DNA from: Chloroflexota bacterium
GTDB lineage: Bacteria; Chloroflexota; Anaerolineae; Anaerolineales; UBA4823
Reading direction: 5' to 3'
Assembly (NCBI GenBank): GCA_030611505.1
Contig: JAUWPO010000001.1
Span: forward strand, 1 to 61,442
DNA length: 61,442 bases
Position 1 is the first letter of the stretch; every line of letters starts with the position of its first letter. Positions 58,199 to 61,442 of the stretch are shown in pieces. The translations under genes were made by a program, and so were the position numbers. Below the pieces are notes generated by a model. It worked only from the letters and a program-made list of their open reading frames with translations. It was not told where the DNA came from and did no database searches.

Positions 58199-59254
58199 AT
58201 GGCGAGAATTTTTGATGTAGTTGAATATCCGAATGAAATGCGGGATGAAATCGTACACCGGTTTCCGGAAGTTGGTGCAGGGAATTTTCGGATTGGTTCG
58301 CAAGTGATTGTACGTGAATCTCAGTCTGCAGTGTTCTTCCGCGACGGGAATGCTTTAGATGTCTTTGGACCAGGACGTCATACTATTACTACTTACAACA
58401 TACCGATATTAATTGACTGGGTGGGTAAGCTGTTCAACGAAAAAACTCCCTTCCCTGCGGAGGTCTATTTTATTGCGATGCGAGAGTTTGCCGATCGCAA
58501 ATGGGGAACTCCACAACCGATAATCGTCCGCAATCCCAATATGGGACTTGGTGTGGCATTACTGCAGGCTTTTGGAACTTACAGCTTTCAGGTGAAAGAC
58601 CCGCAACAATTCGTAACTCAAATTGTCGGAACGCAGGGTATGTATAGAACAAATGAAATCGAAAGCCGTCTACGGTCTATGCTGCTCTCGAAACTACAAG
58701 ATTTGTTAGGAGAAACTGCAGCCAGTCATGATGTCCCTGAATTAATCGGTCTTACAGAGGAGTTGGGCGCTGGTGTGCGGGCGAAAACACAAGATGATTT
58801 CTTGGCTCTTGGCTTAACGTTAAAGAGCTTCTATATATCAAACTTAAAGCCATCCAGTAAATCTGCAGAGGAACTGCGTGCCATGGGCATGTTGGACATG
58901 CAAACGTATACGCAGCTGCAGGCAGCAGACGCGATGCGAGATGCAGCCCAGAACCCAAGTGGTGGTGCTGGACTCACTGCTGGGATTGGCGCTGGTCTGG
59001 GCGTCGGGAATGTGCTCAGTCAATCCCTGGCTGGAATGACTGGACCTGCTGCTGCCCAATCGCCGCAGGGAGGCGGTGGCGCTCCTTCGGGTGGAGTTCC
59101 CCCTGTGATGACCCCATCCGAAGCGGCTAATGTACTGCGAGTTTCCGAGGAAGATGTTATCGCAGCAATTGATGCAGGTGACTTGCAGGCAAGAAAGATC
59201 GGCTCGGCGTACCGGATAAGCAAAGAAGCTCTGGACGAGTTCCTAAGCGGATAG
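58199..59254 (+). CDS. SPFH-like protein of the COG4260/YdjI type, with a Gly-rich linker and a C-terminal excisionase-type helix-turn-helix
   Basis: The N-terminus (FDVVEYPNEMRDEIVHRFP...VRESQSAVFFRDGNALDVFGPGRHTITT.NIPIL...AEVYF...KWGT...AFGTYSFQV.DP..F) fits the YdjI-like pattern. The C-terminus MTPSEAANVLRVSEEDVIAAIDAGDLQARKIGSAYRISKEALDEFL fits HTH_17. Confidence 0.65.
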   Translation: MARIFDVVEYPNEMRDEIVHRFPEVGAGNFRIGSQVIVRESQSAVFFRDGNALDVFGPGRHTITTYNIPILIDWVGKLFNEKTPFPAEVYFIAMREFADRKWGTPQPIIVRNPNMGLGVALLQAFGTYSFQVKDPQQFVTQIVGTQGMYRTNEIESRLRSMLLSKLQDLLGETAASHDVPELIGLTEELGAGVRAKTQDDFLALGLTLKSFYISNLKPSSKSAEELRAMGMLDMQTYTQLQAADAMRDAAQNPSGGAGLTAGIGAGLGVGNVLSQSLAGMTGPAAAQSPQGGGGAPSGGVPPVMTPSEAANVLRVSEEDVIAAIDAGDLQARKIGSAYRISKEALDEFLSG

Positions 59255-59287
59255 TGCTTCAATTATCCAGCTATAAATTTTTAATAG

Positions 59288-59330
59288 AAACCCGCCCTTG
59301 ATGTCTTTATTGTCAGGGCGGTTTTTTTTG
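59288..59330. terminator. Rho-independent terminator (CCGCCCT...AGGGCGG followed by T8) between convergent genes
   Basis: aaaCCCGCCCTtgatgtctttattgtcAGGGCGGtttttttt, read directly. Confidence 0.8.
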
Positions 59331-59332
59331 AA

Positions 59333-60028
59333 TCACTCGTTTTCTATGGTATTTCGAATATATTTAACTTTCTCCATAGAAAGCGTTTTCGCTTTGGAAT
59401 ATTTTCTGACCAAATCTTTGAGCTTTGCAGCATTAACTGTCTCTGCTGGTGGGGATTCACTTTCTGCGATGTTGATTTCAACCTGTGGATTTGTAAACAC
59501 AAGAGCCGTTTGAATATCAGGAATATTCTCTTCCGGTAAATTCTTCTGGAAGTATTTGAGTAATTTCTCATCCTCGTTCTGTGTTTCCAAATCGGGTCGA
59601 CCCAGACCCTCCTGTGCAAAAATTTTCAGGTATAAATTGCCACCTTTCTGACGCCAGCGACCCTTTGAATAAGATATTGTTCCTCGCTGGTTATGCGGAC
59701 TTAAAATCCAAAGACCACATGGACCGAGAAGCAAGTGCGATACTGGCGTCTCAAAATGGTAAAGCGAGTATTTATCGTCGAGACCTTTCAATGAAAGATC
59801 CAAAATCTCATCCGGTCGAGGGCGACGTGACCAGCGGTTGCTGAAATAAATACCAACTTGTGAGAGCATGAACCCGAGCACCAAGGCGATTAGAGAGTAA
59901 ACAAAATAATCTGGGTAGCGAAAAGAAATGAACATACCTCCAGCTAAAACTAAGAGACCACCCAGCATAGTGACTTGAGCTATACGAGCATTGCGCCTGA
60001 TTATGGCATCATTACGGATAATGTTCAT
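59333..60028 (-). CDS. Membrane-anchored NERD-like (nuclease-related domain) protein
   Basis: Two TM helices, then YSLYHFETPVSHLLLGPCGLWILSPHNQRGTISYSKGRW, which resembles the NERD core. Start set at ATG 60028, after GAGGAG. Confidence 0.45.
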   Translation of the reverse strand: MNIIRNDAIIRRNARIAQVTMLGGLLVLAGGMFISFRYPDYFVYSLIALVLGFMLSQVGIYFSNRWSRRPRPDEILDLSLKGLDDKYSLYHFETPVSHLLLGPCGLWILSPHNQRGTISYSKGRWRQKGGNLYLKIFAQEGLGRPDLETQNEDEKLLKYFQKNLPEENIPDIQTALVFTNPQVEINIAESESPPAETVNAAKLKDLVRKYSKAKTLSMEKVKYIRNTIENE

Positions 60029-60251
60029 TTGGTTTTTTCTCCTCAAAGAATGGATTTCTACGTCTTCAAATTATTGGACAGGCGAAGAATGATCCTAGAT
60101 TTTATTAATGACTAGACATGCGTTTTGTCTGTTTCTTCCAGCAGCAGCGCTCTCGGAAAACCCAAAACCCTACTATGATGGTTCAACTGATAAATCCAAA
60201 GCAGATACTGCCCACTGTCCAATGGTGACAATTCTAAGCTGATCTTGGATC

Positions 60252-61283
60252 TTAGTCGTCCTGTATCCTCGACTGGAGATTTTCTAATCGTTCTTGAACA
60301 GCGGTGCTAAGTGCATCTAACAGATTCGATTCGACTGCTTGGCGAGCTGATCGAATTGCACTGACAATCGCATATGAGTCAGATCTTCCATGACCGATGA
60401 ACACCAATCCGTCAATTCCTAGAAGTGGAACTGCACCGATTTCGCCTGGATCAAGTAGTTTTTTAATGCTAGTGAATGCTGGTTTCGCCAGCAGTGCGCC
60501 GAGTTTAGTGCGGATACTCCTGTTCAATTCCTGGCGCAAAGTTCCGGTGATCAATTGAGCGACGGCTTCACTGGACTTGAGCAGTACGTTGCCGGTAAAC
60601 CCGTCTGTGACGGCAACATCTGCACCTCCTCCAAAGAGTTCTTTCCCCTCAAGATTTCCAATAAAGTTTAAACCGCTGGATTTCAACAAGGAATATGTGT
60701 CTCTGACCAATTCGTTTCCCTTACCTGCTTCTTCGCCATTGGAGATTAATCCAACGCGAGGCTGTGGGATGTTTAATACATTGTTGACGTATACCGAACC
60801 CATTACTGCGAATTGGAGCAGAAATTCAGGTTTGCAGTCAGGATTTGCGCCGATGTCAAGAACAGCACAGTAGCCCCCTTTAACCGGGAAAAGACCAGTA
60901 AGCGCCGGTCTTTTAACCCCAGGAATTGTACCCAACCGGAAATATGCAGTCGCAAGTGCCCCACCAGTATTGCCGGCTGTAACGAAAGCATCGACTTCCC
61001 CATCTTTCAACATGTCCATTCCTACCGCCATTGTAGTCATGGGATTCCGCTTTGCCTTGCGGGCTAACTTCCGACCTTTATCTTCCATTATAATCGTGTC
61101 AGTTGTGTGGATGATGTAAACTGGTACGCCATCTCCCGAGAGTTCTTGAAGTCGTGGTCTCAATATATCTTCCGGACCGATTAGTGTAATTTCATCGCCA
61201 AAAAGATTCGCCGCTTCTACGGCTCCTCGAATTTCAGGCTCAGGGCAATTATCACTGCCCATGGCGTCTAAGGCAATTCGCAT
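60252..61283 (-). CDS. plsX: Phosphate acyltransferase PlsX
   Basis: MRIALDAMGSDNCPEPE..., VTAGNTGGALA and FIGHGRSD. Start set at ATG 61283, after AGAGGA. The longer ORF to 61382 would overlap the tRNA. Confidence 0.9.
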   Translation of the reverse strand: MRIALDAMGSDNCPEPEIRGAVEAANLFGDEITLIGPEDILRPRLQELSGDGVPVYIIHTTDTIIMEDKGRKLARKAKRNPMTTMAVGMDMLKDGEVDAFVTAGNTGGALATAYFRLGTIPGVKRPALTGLFPVKGGYCAVLDIGANPDCKPEFLLQFAVMGSVYVNNVLNIPQPRVGLISNGEEAGKGNELVRDTYSLLKSSGLNFIGNLEGKELFGGGADVAVTDGFTGNVLLKSSEAVAQLITGTLRQELNRSIRTKLGALLAKPAFTSIKKLLDPGEIGAVPLLGIDGLVFIGHGRSDSYAIVSAIRSARQAVESNLLDALSTAVQERLENLQSRIQDD

Positions 61284-61352
61284 ATTTTCCTCTTTGTGTA
61301 AAGTCGATTTGCTTGACACGAGTACAGAGCTGATTATAATACCTGTGCTTCT

Positions 61353-61434
61353 GCGCTGGTGCTGGAACTGGCAGACAGGCATGGTTGAGGGCCATGTGCC
61401 GAAAGGCGTGGGGGTTCGATTCCCCCCCAGCGCA
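61353..61434 (+). tRNA. tRNA-Leu (anticodon GAG), class II with a long variable arm; no encoded CCA
   Basis: Folded by hand. Acceptor GCGCTGG/CCAGCGC; D stem CTG/CAG. Anticodon stem CATGG/CCATG with loop TTGAGGG. Variable arm TGCCGAAAGGCGT. T arm GGGGG-TTCGATT-CCCCC; discriminator A. Confidence 0.9.
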
Positions 61435-61442
61435 CTTTGTCT

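Noticed and set aside
60047-60251. Possible ~38-codon TTG-initiated small ORF on the minus strand between the plsX and NERD-like genes
   Set aside because: It has no RBS, a non-ATG start and no recognisable motif. I cannot distinguish it from chance.
60252-61382. Long 376-aa version of plsX
   Set aside because: The N-terminal 33 codons have no PlsX similarity and would overlap the tRNA-Leu gene on the other strand. ATG 61283 has an RBS and gives the canonical MRIALDAMGSD N-terminus.

Overview
The window is a gene-dense, mostly housekeeping chromosomal segment. I infer a Chloroflexota (Anaerolineae-like) origin from gene content and the Pro/Thr-rich linkers; no search was run. I recognise about 58 protein genes and one tRNA-Leu(GAG).

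Gene content by function:
- Translation: alaX, rpmF, prfB with its +1 frameshift, rpsF-ssb-rpsR, rsmD, rluB.
- Lipid synthesis: fabD, fabG, fabF, plsX, a thiolase/DUF35 pair, a MaoC dehydratase.
- Secretion and chromosome maintenance: tatA/tatC, ftsY, rnc-smc, scpB.
- Molybdopterin synthesis: moaC and a moaD-moaE fusion.
- Cell envelope: a class A PBP, UDP-xylose synthase with GtrA, and two very large GT-C-like membrane proteins.

I see no CRISPR array, transposase, integrase, reverse transcriptase or recognised multi-gene defence system.

The loci most worth follow-up are:
- an orphan 794-aa protein with a degenerate methyltransferase-like N-terminus and a Cys4 ribbon (42619-45003);
- next to it, a scar where two unrelated gene fragments are fused (45142-45626);
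- an anSME-type radical-SAM/SPASM gene abutting a CX5R phosphatase gene, with no sulfatase in the window (45804-47519);
- a helical protein followed by a COG4260/SPFH-like protein carrying a C-terminal excisionase-type HTH (57607-59254);
- a MoaD-MoaE fusion overlapping a ThrC-like PLP enzyme gene (25071-26865);
- an operon-embedded SSB with no acidic C-terminal tip (34532-34927).

All family calls rest on motifs read by eye from the translations. None has been confirmed by a database search.
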